64,000 nt of DNA from Octopus sinensis (GCF_006345805.1 NC_043002.1:79980001-80044000); one strand, 5' to 3'; positions 1 to 12,324 are shown, numbered from the stretch's first letter. The notes: generated by a model from the sequence alone, not told the origin. A program made the numbers and translations.

Positions 1-66
1 CTTAATCTATAAAATGCGCTTCACACATATCTGAATCTCAATTCTCTCAATTCCTATATGAATGCT

Positions 67-870
67 AAGGTGATGAGATGGCAGATACGTTAGCACGCCG
101 GACGAAATGCTTAGCAGTATTTCGTCTGCAGCTATGTTCTGAGTTCAAATTCCGCCGAGCTCGACTTTGCCTTTCATAATTTCGGAGTCGATTAAATAAG
201 TATCAGTTACGCACTGGAGTCGATATAATCAACTTAATCCTTTTGTTTGTCCTTGTTTGTCCTCTCTGTGTTTAGCCCCTTGTGGGCAGTAAAGAAATAA
301 GAAACGTTAGCACGCCGGGCGAAATACTTAGCGATATTTCGTCTGTCTTTATGTTCTGAGTTCAAATTCCGCCGAGCTCGACTTTGCCTTTCATCCCTTC
401 GGCGTCGATAAATTAAATACCAGTTGCGTACTGGAACGATCTACTCGACAGGCCGCCTCCCTAAAAATTTCAAGCCTTGTGCGTAGAGTAGAAAAGAATT
501 CCTGTATGGATGCTAAGGCGGCGAGCTGGCAGAAACGTTCTGAGTTCAAATTCCGCCGAGCTCAACTTTGCCTTTCATCCTTTCGGGGTCGATTAAATAA
601 GTACCAGTTACGCACTGGGGCCGATATAATCGACTTAATCCGTTTGTCTGTCCTTGTTTGTCCTCTCTGTGTTTAGCCCCTTGTGGGTAGTAAAGAAATA
701 GGTATTTCGTCTGCCGTTACCTTCTGAGTTCAAATTTCACCGAGGTCGACTTTGCCTTTCATACTTTCGGGATCGATAAAATGAGTACCAGTTGAAAACT
801 GGGGTCGATTTAATCAACTGGTCCCCTACCCTAAAAATATCGGGACTTTTGTCTAGAGAGTAGAAAAGAA
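67..870 (+). mobile_element. Tandem cluster of 3-4 copies/partial copies of SINE family A (tRNA-related head, Nin/Deu-like central domain)
   Basis: Repeated blocks ggc(g/a)gagctggcagaaacgttagcacgccggg...gttctgagttcaaattccgccgag...gcctttcatcctttcggggtcgataaattaagtaccag...ggggtcgat at ~67-300, ~300-498 and ~515-870. The same family recurs many times in the window. The Nin/Deu label rests on recalled similarity of the gcctttcatcctt...gtcgataaa..agtaccag motif. Confidence 0.85.
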
Positions 871-1365
871 TTCCTGTATGGATGCTGCAACATCCATTCA
901 TATATACATACACTAACACATGCACACGCACACATTTAATACCTTACAGTATACAATATAATACGCATACGCACACGCACAAACACAAACACATACACGC
1001 ACATACATACATATATCACCAAAATACCTTACCTTACGCACACATATCATATATGAGTGAATATAGATCATGTAAAATGATATTACTATTCAACAATTTA
1101 CTTTGTACTTTATGAGCAATTAGTATTAATAGCATCATGAATTACGTCCATCCACCCGCTACATGTAGCAAATTAAATGAAGCAAAATGTTAAATGCTAT
1201 TTGCTATTTTATATTCATACTGACGTTAAAAAGAAAAATCCAAATACGATACATACAAATTTCTATGCATGTGTACATTTGTGTATGCATATATATATAT
1301 ATATGCATATATACATACGTATACATACGTACTTACATGTTTACACACATATCAACAAAGTGGTT

Positions 1366-1507
1366 CATTATTTACATTATTTACAATTGACGGATATTTG
1401 TCCTCATCTCGTTTAACACAACGCTTCGGCTGATATACCCTCCAGCCTTCATCAGGTGTCTGGGGGAAATTTCGAACCTGGGTTCTCATTCCTAAGGAAT
1501 TTTTCGA

Positions 1508-1598
<91 letters not shown>

Positions 1599-1635
1599 CA
1601 GGTCACTGCGTAGAATCGAACTCGGAATTTTGGGG
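1366..1635 (-). mobile_element. tRNA-derived SINE with hammerhead-containing 3' region, minus-strand copy (head truncated)
   Basis: Reverse complement of 1633-1895. B-box gttcgattct at 1612-1621, internal (AAC/AAT)n at 1509-1598, 3' part gacacctgatgaaggctggagggtatatcagccgaagcgttgtgtt. Confidence 0.85.
1415..1460 (-). ncRNA. Minimal type I hammerhead ribozyme, variant copy (GAAG instead of GAAA)
   Basis: Minus strand GACAC-CUGAUGA-A-GGCUG(GAGGGUAUAU)CAGCC-GAAG-CGUU-GUGUU. Stems I and II pair; A15.1 is changed to G. Confidence 0.6.
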
Positions 1636-1895
1636 CTAAGAGCGCGGGTTACTAACCTTAATATTCCGAGTTCGATTCCAGGCAATGACCTGAATATCAA
1701 TAATAATAACAACATCGAAAAATACTTAGGAATGAGAACCCAGGTTCGACATTTCCACAAGACACCTGATGAAGGCTGGAGGGTATATCAGCCGAAACGT
1801 TGTGTTAGCAACAAACAAGATGAGGACAAATATCCGTCAAATGTAAATAATGTAAACAATGTACATAATTCCTCATCTCTTAAATATAGAACTGT
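1633..1895 (+). mobile_element. tRNA-derived SINE with hammerhead-containing 3' region, plus-strand copy
   Basis: tRNA-like head remnant ggctaagagcgcgggttactaacc...gagttcgattcc (B-box 1670-1678), (AAT)n linker, HHR at 1761-1806, 3' aatgtaaat repeats. Confidence 0.85.
1761..1806 (+). ncRNA. Minimal type I hammerhead ribozyme
   Basis: GACAC / CUGAUGA / A / GGCUG-loop-CAGCC / GAAA / CG-UU / GUGUU. Intact core, 5-bp stem I, 5-bp stem II, palindromic loopless stem III (AACGUU). Predicted cut after 1801. Confidence 0.75.
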
Positions 1896-2419
1896 ATTAA
1901 CAAAGTGGTTGTTCGTAATTTCTTCCACGAAAATTTGAAATTTCCACGATGGAAATTTGAAGAAAATCCCATCCAGTAATGCCGTCTACCTCGCCATCAA
2001 ATGCTTCAGGTTAATAATGCTGGAATCCATCAAACTCGTCAAAGTGCAGTGTGTTTTTCTCAAGAACAAACTTCATCGTCTAATTATCAAGGGTTAAATG
2101 CAAAACAAAATCGCTCACACGGATGTTCTCATTGTCGCTATTCTCAAGAGCTTTGGCAATTGTCGTAAGATCAATACAGTATCCACTGCAAGCAAGTGTC
2201 TGAGTTGAATCGACTCAGAATTTTACTGGGGTCAGTTATGTACCAACAACTTCAGCCTCTTTCCTTGACTTTCATGGATCTAGCAAAGGTAATCAAATAA
2301 TCAAATTACACATGTTGGGTCTCCGGAGCACCAGTTGTTCGCTTGGATAAGTTCATAAAAATTCTAAGAGTTTGTCATGATTAAATATATGCAAAGATCC
2401 ATCTAAGTCTTTTTTGAGC

Positions 2420-2640
2420 GGAGGTACGTGTCTTAGTGGTTAATGTGATGGCCACATAATCGTAAAATTGTGATTTCGATTTTTGGAGCGGCCGACGTGT
2501 TCTTGAGCAAAATACTTCATTTCACGTTGCTCCAGTCCACTCAGCTGGTTAAAGTGAATTATCCTGCGAGGGACCGGCGACCCGTCCAGGTGGGTAATTT
2601 ATACGCTATGGAAACCACGGGAAACCAGTCTTTATGAGGC
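2420..2640 (+). mobile_element. SINE family C (tRNA head plus CORE/Meta-like domain), diverged
   Basis: A-box-like ttagtggtta, B-box-like tttcgattt, then gtgttcttgagcaaaatacttcatttcacgttgctccagtccactcagctg. Related copies at 45300-45612 and 54180-54405. Confidence 0.7.
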
Positions 2641-3079
2641 GTTATGACTCGAGAAGGTAACTTCACTTTACGCCTGAGCTTTTGCTAATGAATTTCGGAA
2701 GAAAGAAGGGCTGCGTCATGACATTTATACTGTTCATTGTATTCTTCGAGATTATGAATCTCAGCAACGAGAGGTGACTATTTAACAATGAAATGTCTAT
2801 AGAATGAAAGATACACGGTTCAATCTAACCATGCTCAAACTTCAATATAAGACAAGAGAAACATCGTTGCAAAGACTCACAATACGAACTACTGTGTTAC
2901 CAAAAACTCAGAGAAAAACCGACAAATCATTTCGTGAGTGTTCGATCAAGATTATACTCATCTGAGCCTGAACATCAGCCAAAGGCCGGAAGAATTTTGT
3001 GCCAATATTTTACTCGAGGTACCTGCACTTTTCTCAGAAGAAAATGGAGAGGATTTCAAGTATGTTTACCATACCACGA

Positions 3080-3340
3080 ATCTGAGAAGCCATTTGCCTT
3101 CTAATGCTGCCACTGGGGATTAAATCATGTGCAAAATCGGTAGTGCTGAAGCTAAGAGAAATCTCAGAAAGAAAACAATACAAAAAGAAACGCGTAATCC
3201 ACAAAGCTGGTACCGTTTCATCGCTGCATGCGAATGGTCTCATTGTCAAATGAAACACTTCAATCTAATGTTGCATAATATATCGCTGAGGACTATCATC
3301 AATACCTCAGTGGACTCCGTGAAGCTAAAGTAACCTGAAT
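3080..3340 (+). pseudogene. Possible ancient hAT (Buster/Charlie-like) transposase remnant
   Basis: Frame-broken peptides KPFAF..., GIKSCAKSVVLKL, MVSLSNETLQSNVA*YIAEDYHQYLSGLREAK resemble the Buster-type KPxTxxExLIKPC...SLSNxTxxRRIxxxAxD motif order. Weak and by eye only. Confidence 0.3.
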
Positions 3341-4296
3341 AGGATTTAATAGTCCGAAGAAAACCAATTCAGCTCGGCAAGTCGCGTCGTGCAAATATTT
3401 CATTAACGGCTTCAAAGAAAACTCTTCTGTCTCTAAATTAATGAAAGAGCAGCATGAAAAGAAGAGCATGAGAAACGCTTCAAAGATGTGGTGAAACAGA
3501 AATGCGAGTTCTATTACTATAATAGGGCAAATTTAGTAGCATTGATTGCAAAATGTTAACGTTGAATCGAATAACTTCAAACAGGGAGTACTGAAACGGT
3601 CGAAGAAGAACGAAGAGGCAGGAAATAAGTTAACTGTCAAACAAGACATCCTGAAACTTAGAAACACTAAACATGACTCTTTATGGAAATACTTGAGTAC
3701 CAAACGGCAATTATTCAAATAATAGAAAATTCTTTGCTAGGCAACGGATATGATGATCATCGAAAGTGAACAATGTCAAGGAGTTAGTCGGGATGGCTCA
3801 ATTTATCTAAGAATATTAACTGTTGCTCGTTATGACTGATGTTAGAATAAGAATTACAAAATAATGATGATGATGATAATAAAAATAAAAATAATAATAA
3901 TAATAATAATAATGATGATGATGATGATATTGGTAATGTTTTACAAGACTTGCTGTTTCTCATTTCTTCACTTGTTCACTCTCACGCTTCTGTGTCTGTT
4001 TCTTTATCACCGTATATGAATGCATGTATGTACGTATGTATATATATATATATGAATACATGTATGTATTTACGTATATATTTATATGTGTGTGTGTGTG
4101 TGCATACATGCATACAGATAGATGTTTAGATAGGTAAATAGATAGATACAGAGATAGATAGTAGAGAGAGAGAGAGATCTACGTAGTTACAAAGAGACTT
4201 TTGATTGATGGATGTGTTTATTATACATATGTATGCACTGATTTGTTTCTTGAGATATATCTCTCTGTGTGCGTGTGCGTGTATGTGTGTGTATGC

Positions 4297-4334
<38 letters not shown>

Positions 4335-4630
4335 TATATATATATACTCATACAAGCAAATAAATATGAGTCTGTAGGTATGTATACCCAGATTTGCATC
4401 TGTATCCATACATGAATGAATACACACAGAAACACAAACACACACACACAAATATATATATATATGTTTGTGTGTGTGCATCTATCTGTCTATCAATCTA
4501 TCTATCTATAAATCTATCTATCTCTCTATATATACATATATACATACACACACGCACGCACACACACTTATACACACACATGTATATATATGTGCATGTA
4601 TATATATATATATGTATGTATGTGTGTATG

Positions 4631-4726
<96 letters not shown>

Positions 4727-5216
4727 ACGTGTGTGAGAAAGCCAACAAATTTTATGAAAGATTGCAAGTATGTGTTGCTGCAATTATAAGTAGATTCACA
4801 TTCATTCATATCTGATATCCTTCACGTTATCAGACGAGGATTATACGTAGCCAATTATAATTGAATAGATCTCCAAAACGGCAAGCCACCAAAAATGTTA
4901 TTAAACGTCAAATTAGTCACATCATATGAAAAATGCTGTTCACAGAAATTAGACTTATTATATAAAGAATCCATTATTTCCCCTTTAATCTTGTTTTCGT
5001 GATTTTTAAAAATAATTCATATATATGTATATTTATTTTTTTCAACCGAGAATTATTTTTTATATCCTTGTCTTCTTTTGTGCACTAATATAGTTATTGG
5101 ATATATTTTAGTGTGTTTCATGCACAAGTGTGTACATACACACATACACATATGTAAGAACCTATGTATGCATATAAGAATGTGAATATATATATATATA
5201 TATATACACGTAAGTA

Positions 5217-5252
<36 letters not shown>

Positions 5253-5353
5253 CACGTAAGTATATTTATATATATGTAAATATTTACATATATATAAATA
5301 TATGTATATACATACATACATACATATATCTAAATATATATATATATATACAA

Positions 5354-5413
<60 letters not shown>

Positions 5414-6521
5414 GGTCCCACTCCTGGTCCCACTCCTGGTCCCACTCCTGAACTATATGGTCGTAATATTGACGACATTATCGGTGCCCACCTCACTCTC
5501 CCGCGAACATCTAGATTCCTTCCTCTCTTTCGTCCAATCTTTCCATCCAGCCCTCCACTTCACTTCCACTATCTCCAACACCTCTGTCTCCTTCCTCGAC
5601 ATTTCGGTTAGCATTCTTCACTCCACTCTTACCACCTCCATTCACTACAAACACACAGACTCACACTCATACCTCAACTTCTCTTCCTCCCACCCAGAAC
5701 ACACCAAGCTTTCCATCCCCTATTCCCAATTCCTCCGTCTACGTAGGCTCTGTAGTGACGACCATGACTTTGAGACTCAGTCTCAACGTATGGCTCACCA
5801 CTTCGCCCTACGTGGATACACCCTCACCACTATCCACACCGCCCTTGCCAGAGCACGGTCCGTGGACCGTGTATCTGCTCTCTCTCCCCGAACCCGCCCT
5901 GTAGTCTCCCGCCTCCCTTTTCCCCTCACTTACCACCCCACGACCCTACGTCTCCAACGCACCATTCTTCGAGCTTTCCGTCATCTCCAGTCCGACCCGT
6001 CCACTTCACACCTCTTCCCTAACCGACCCCTCCCCTCTTTCAAACGATCCCACAACCTTCGAGACCTTTTGCCATAGCTCCTTCCCTGACCCTACCTCCC
6101 AACCCGGCTCGTTCCCCTGCTCCCGCCCACGTTGCCGCACTTGCCCTTACCTCTCCAACACCACCCCGCCTCACTAGCCCCACCATCGACCCTATCCCAT
6201 CATCCACTCCTCACCTGCACCTCCAGCAATATTATCTATTGCATCTCTTGCTCTCTCTGCAATTCCTTGTACATCGGACAAACGGACGCCGCTTGGCTGA
6301 CCGGTTCGCGGAACACCTTCGTGACATCCACCTTGCGAACGACACACCGGTCTCACGCCATTTCCGCTCCACCGGTCACTCCTTGCAACACCTATCTGTG
6401 TTCGGTTTCCTTACACAGAGGCCATCCGGATTCCCGTTTGCGCCGTGAACAGGAATTAATCTTCCCTCTTCGCTCTTATACGCCATTTGGTCTCAACTCT
6501 CCCCCCCCCCTCCTCATCTAA
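5414..6521 (+). pseudogene. Penelope-like RT C-terminus, Cys-rich linker and GIY-YIG endonuclease (frameshifted)
   Basis: [15 protein letters not shown] (YIDD decayed), FLDISV, TSIHYKHTDSHSYLNFSSSHPEHTKLSIPYSQFLRLRRLCSD, PGSFPCSRPRCRTCPYL, CTSSNIIYCISCSLCNSLYIGQT, RRLADRFAEHL, RLRREQELIFPLRSYTPFGLN. Confidence 0.92.
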
Positions 6522-6849
6522 CCCCCTCTCCCCCCTCCTCACCTATCCTTTCTCCCCCGACCCTACTTCTTCAGTCCTTCATCCTTTCACCCCTACTCCC
6601 CTTCCCTTCTTCCCTCTTTCTCCTCCCTCTTCCCCTTCCCTCTGCTCCCTCACTCCCTCTCTCCCCCTCTCCCTCTTTCCTCCTTCATCCCCCCTCCCCT
6701 TCCTTCTCCCCCCCATCTCTCCTCTTCCCCTTCTCCTCCCCTCTTCTTCCCTCCCCTTCTCTACCCCCCTCTTCTCCTCCCCTCCCCTCTTCTCCTCACT
6801 ACACCACATGACTTTACACATCACATCACATATGATGTGCCATACTAAT

Positions 6850-7175
6850 ACACACACCAACTAATACATACTAATACGTACTAATACATACAGTACATAC
6901 TATACTTACACACCCTATACATACACACGTCCAGACCCCGCATACGCACTTATACTCTCTCACACACACACACATACCTATACATACCAATACGTACTAA
7001 TACATACTAATACATACTAATACATACACCAACCCCATACATACGCACGTCCAGACCAATCTTACGCACTAATACTCTCTCATACACACACACACACACA
7101 CCACACACAACCCTTATACAACTAATACATACACCACCCTATACATACACACATCCAGACCCCTCCCACGCACTT
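6850..7175 (+). repeat. CA-rich minisatellite, ~3 diverged units of ~105-120 bp
   Basis: Recurring actaatacatac...ccctatacatac...tccagacc...acgcact motif, with tccagacc at ~6930, ~7050 and ~7154. Confidence 0.7.
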
Positions 7176-7347
7176 TTAGCTGGTCCCTCAACCCGTTTAT
7201 CAACCCTATTATCTCCCCTTATTTCGCTCTCGCGTCTCATGTTTGATCTTTGACCTCTGGCCGAAATCAGATCGCATGTTGATTCGTTAGCTACTGCACG
7301 CATTTTTTTTCTCTCCTTCTTTCTGTGTGTTTTTCTCTCTCTGTGTA

Positions 7348-7385
7348 TCTTTCTGTTGAAGAGCGTAGGCTCGAAACGTTAAAGA
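7348..7385 (+). ncRNA. Minimal type I hammerhead ribozyme with variant core CUGUUGA
   Basis: UCUUU / CUGUUGA / A / GAGC-GUAG-GCUC / GAAA / CG-UU / AAAGA. Stems I and II pair perfectly, stem III is the palindrome AACGUU, and A6 is replaced by U. Confidence 0.65.
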
Positions 7386-7514
7386 CTGTTTTATTTATAT
7401 TTCCTGAGCGCCATACTAATACAATTGTTCGTTTGTTTTCCACCTGCCTTCGTCTTTGTTATTTTCATAAAGCTTCCGTTATAATATATATATATACATA
7501 TATATACATATGTG

Positions 7515-7550
<36 letters not shown>

Positions 7551-7649
7551 CATACATTTAAATGAATAGATTATGCAGTTAATATATATATATATCATGT
7601 ATATTATTATATATATATACTATATTATATATATATATATGTATATGTT

Positions 7650-7690
<41 letters not shown>

Positions 7691-8120
7691 TATATAAAAC
7701 CCTGCGTGTTTACGGGCACTTATGTATATCTACTGTATGTGGGAAGTATACAAAATATGATCATAGAAATGGATATACAATTATATTTCTCCATATATAA
7801 ATACATATAAATATAAACATGCAAACACACACACACACAGACACACGCGTGTGTGTGTTTGTGTGTGTGCGTGTGTGTTTGTGGTTGTGACGAAGATATC
7901 CATTGAGGTATTGTATGTGTGTGAGAGTACGTATTTATTCTATACGAGCTCTTTAATATTAGATATAATCTTCATTCCAATTAATAAAAGAGTAGAAAAA
8001 TTGAATAAATTAATAAAAAGAACTAGAATACGATGAAGGGTGGGTATATGTATGACTGCATATATATGTATACGAATATACTTACAAACTTACACCACAC
8101 ATATATAAAATATATATAAT

Positions 8121-8170
<50 letters not shown>

Positions 8171-8273
8171 ATATATATATAATATACGTATGTGTGTGTG
8201 TATGTATATTGTATATATTATAATATATATATATTATACATATATATATATATATATATACATATATCTATAG

Positions 8274-8312
<39 letters not shown>

Positions 8313-8456
8313 GAGAGACATACACACACATGTTAATGTATCGTATAATATATATGTATATGAGACATTGAACGAGGAGAACAGTCATGGCTGCATGAAT
8401 ATATTTATACATATACCTAAATATACATACGCACACATACACACACACACACACAT

Positions 8457-8507
<51 letters not shown>

Positions 8508-8845
8508 CATATATATATACATATATACACATACATATATATATATATATATATGTAGATGTATACACACAAACACATATAAGCTATAAAAATACGTATA
8601 CATATACACATAGTGCGTCGCCCGACACCCCACACGCACACACACACGCACACACGCACACACGGACACACACATACACGCGCACACACGCACACACACA
8701 CACGTACATACAAATAGATATATAAACCTCTTCTATTTATATGTTGTCTGGGTCTCATTTAAAAAGATTGTGTGGCACTCATTTTTTTTTTTTGTGCAAC
8801 TGCCTTTGTTGTTCAAATTTTTGTTGTGGCTTCTAATATATATAT

Positions 8846-8885
<40 letters not shown>

Positions 8886-9221
8886 TATTATTTCTGTTCT
8901 TATTTCACTGAAATATATGATTTATTGCTTAATGTTTGACATTCATTGCGCATGTCATGAACTTCAAATGAGTTCATAAATTGCTTTAAAGGTTTTATGT
9001 TTCGAAATTACTTTGAATTGTAAGCAGAAATCTAAGCATTGTTGCACATAGACATATACACCCATAAACACATACAATTAAAGTAGATACATGTACTTTC
9101 CCCATAGACATGTATGCACCACATACGTACACGATATATATATATATATATAGCATATAAATGCCTGCATCTATCTATCCATGCATGCATTCATACACAC
9201 AATATATATATGTGTAATATA

Positions 9222-9265
<44 letters not shown>

Positions 9266-10309
9266 TTATAGAATGCTCTTTTTGATGTATAAATTAGTTG
9301 CCACCGAGTGCTCAACATTGATAAACTAAGCGATGCAAGTATCATGTATCACGATATATTCATGTACAACGGAATCTATAAGCGCACACACAAACTCACA
9401 CACACACACACACACCCACACACGTACAAACACACACACGTACACACACGCACGCGCACACACACACATTTTAAATATATGCTAGATATTTATTAAATCT
9501 CTCTCTCTCTGAACTTACATACATATTTATATCTATCTATCTATCTATCTACCTATCTTTCTATATCTCTATCTATCTATCTATATATACATGGCTGGGT
9601 GTGTATGTGTATATTCATATGTATATATATATGCGTGTATATGTATATACACACATATAATATATATATGCATGCATATATATGAGTGAGTGTTTATATA
9701 TGTATATATGTATATATATTTGTGTGTGCGTGTATACATATTTACATATCTATGTATATATATATTCATATATGTATAGATTATTGAAGGGATGTATATA
9801 TATATATATACTTACATATATGTGCGTGTGTGCAGGTATTTGTATATATATATGTACGAATACTATATATACCCACTACTTACAAGTGTATATATCCACA
9901 TGAATGATTGTGTGTGTGCTCGCGTTGTGTTTGTATCTGTCTGTCTACACGCGCACTTGTTTGCATCTGTTTGCTAACCTATGTAATTTTAATCTCTTAT
10001 TCATTTAGAGATTTTGCCTAATGCATTACAACTCAACATAGGTACCACTTTCTGGCTTATATATTACATATATCGGTTACAATGTTTCTTCGTTATTGGT
10101 ATGCACTATAGAGAACGAAGCACTTAATATCTTTTTGTTCGACTCGCTATTCACCGATACTCTGCAATATATATTCACTGACTTAGATTCTTAAGGCATT
10201 GAATATATTAAATATATTGTATATGCATTCGCATTTATAAAAACCTGCACACAAAAACTCACACATACAAACCCACTTATATATATATATATATGCATAT
10301 TAATATTCA

Positions 10310-10345
<36 letters not shown>

Positions 10346-10483
10346 TATTAATATTCACTTATATATACATAAGGCCGCATATGTATCGTACGTAAGCAAG
10401 TAACAGTGCTTATCATCGTTTTTATTTAAGTTCATTCATAATTACCTGATGCGTGTTGTCTAAACCTACACGTATAAAATAGT

Positions 10484-10544
<61 letters not shown>

Positions 10545-10788
10545 CACGTGTATATATATTCGTATATGATTATGTTTGTATATATATATATATAGGGAGT
10601 GAGTGAGAGAGAGAGAGTTAAATAGATAGATATATCGATAGATATGTGATAGATATATAAATCTTTAAATGTTTAAATTGTTTCAGCCCTCAGAGCTGCG
10701 GTCATGCTGGGGCACCACTGCTATATATATAAGTTTGTACATATATATGTCCATATCCTTTTTTGTATACGTATGTATATATATATAT

Positions 10789-10900
10789 AGTTAATCCAAA
10801 CAAGAAATCACAAAATAAAAACACAACAACGCGAGGACGTGGAACAAATATAGTATTATTGGACGCTCAGGAAAGAAGGAAAGAAGGAGGGTTTAACGTT
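10789..10900 (-). mobile_element. Solo Penelope-type terminal fragment between microsatellites
   Basis: Plus strand gtggaacaaatatagtattattggacgctcaggaa resembles the reverse complement of 7401-7445 (ttcctgagcgccatactaatacaattgttcgtttgttttccac). It ends at gtttaacgtt, the AACGUU-AAAC hammerhead junction. Confidence 0.55.
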
Positions 10901-10927
10901 ATCTATCTATCTATCAATCTATCTCTC

Positions 10928-10958
<31 letters not shown>

Positions 10959-10972
10959 GCATATATGCATAC

Positions 10973-11021
<49 letters not shown>

Positions 11022-11071
11022 CGTCTATATGTAGCTTAATAGATAACTATTAATACTTAATTCTGTATTGT

Positions 11072-11111
<40 letters not shown>

Positions 11112-11714
11112 CCTACTATCTTACTCTCAATATCTTACTCTCACTCACTCACTAACTCACTCACTCTCACACACACACACACACACACACACACAACACA
11201 CACACACACACTCTATCTCTCTCTATCTGTCTGTCTTTCTATGTGTTTCTATATGTCTACCATTCTATATGAATTGGAGCAGTTTTTCGTAAACATCTTT
11301 CGAGACGCTGCTTTTAAAAGATTATTTTATTTAGAGAACTGAAAACAGTAGGAAACACCTGCTAGTTCTCTGAATTTTTCAGTACAAAAATGGATATCTA
11401 TGAATGCATTAGTTAATAAATTTCGTTTATAGATATCTTTGGAATTAAGATGGCGTTTAGCTTTTGAAATATCTAGTGGTGACTCATGATTATCTGTTTC
11501 TATGTTTTGTTTGTAGATGTGAACTTTACAAAAGATATTGTCATCAGATAGTGTGTTGTTAGATATTATCTGAATGAACAAGATATTTAGTATGTACGTA
11601 GATATGTAGGTACGTAGATGGATAGACATATAAATGCCAGCGAGGGCATAACACTGAGACGCATATAAAGAATGGAATACAAACACGCGCGCGCGCGCGC
11701 ACACACACAAACAG

Positions 11715-11754
<40 letters not shown>

Positions 11755-12227
11755 CACATGCATGCTTGCAGACACTCGCAAAGATGCGTACATATATTAT
11801 ATATATATGCACACGGACTCACACACATTGTCATTCTGTACTCATGTACACATATATATAACTACAGGCACACAAACATAGGTATATGTACCTATGTGTA
11901 TGTATATACACACACTCACACATATAAATAAATATATATATATACATATACATGAATACAGAACATATGCAAATATATACATACATATATGTATATATAT
12001 ATATATACATATATGTATGCATGTCTATATATGTATATATATATATCTAAATATATATATATATCCTTATATATGGGTATATATATATATTTATATGTCT
12101 ATAATGCGTATATATACATATTTATATGTCTGTATATGTGTATATATATATTATATATACTTATATGTATATATAACACACACTTTGCGTACATGATATA
12201 CATTTATATATATTCACATATATATAC

Positions 12228-12324
<97 letters not shown>

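Larger units (their letters stand above)
5414..7478 (+). mobile_element. 5'-truncated Penelope-like retroelement (Neptune-type) inserted in (TA)n
   Basis: RT/GIY-YIG remnant 5414-6521, then a C/T-rich tract, CA-rich minisatellite and a terminal segment with a hammerhead motif (7348-7385). Both flanks are (TA)n. That the 3' part belongs to the same element is inferred from continuity. Confidence 0.8.

Noticed and set aside
6487-6864. Pro/Ser-rich and Gly/Arg/Glu-rich ORFs on opposite strands
   Set aside because: Produced by a C/T low-complexity tract in the Penelope 3' region.
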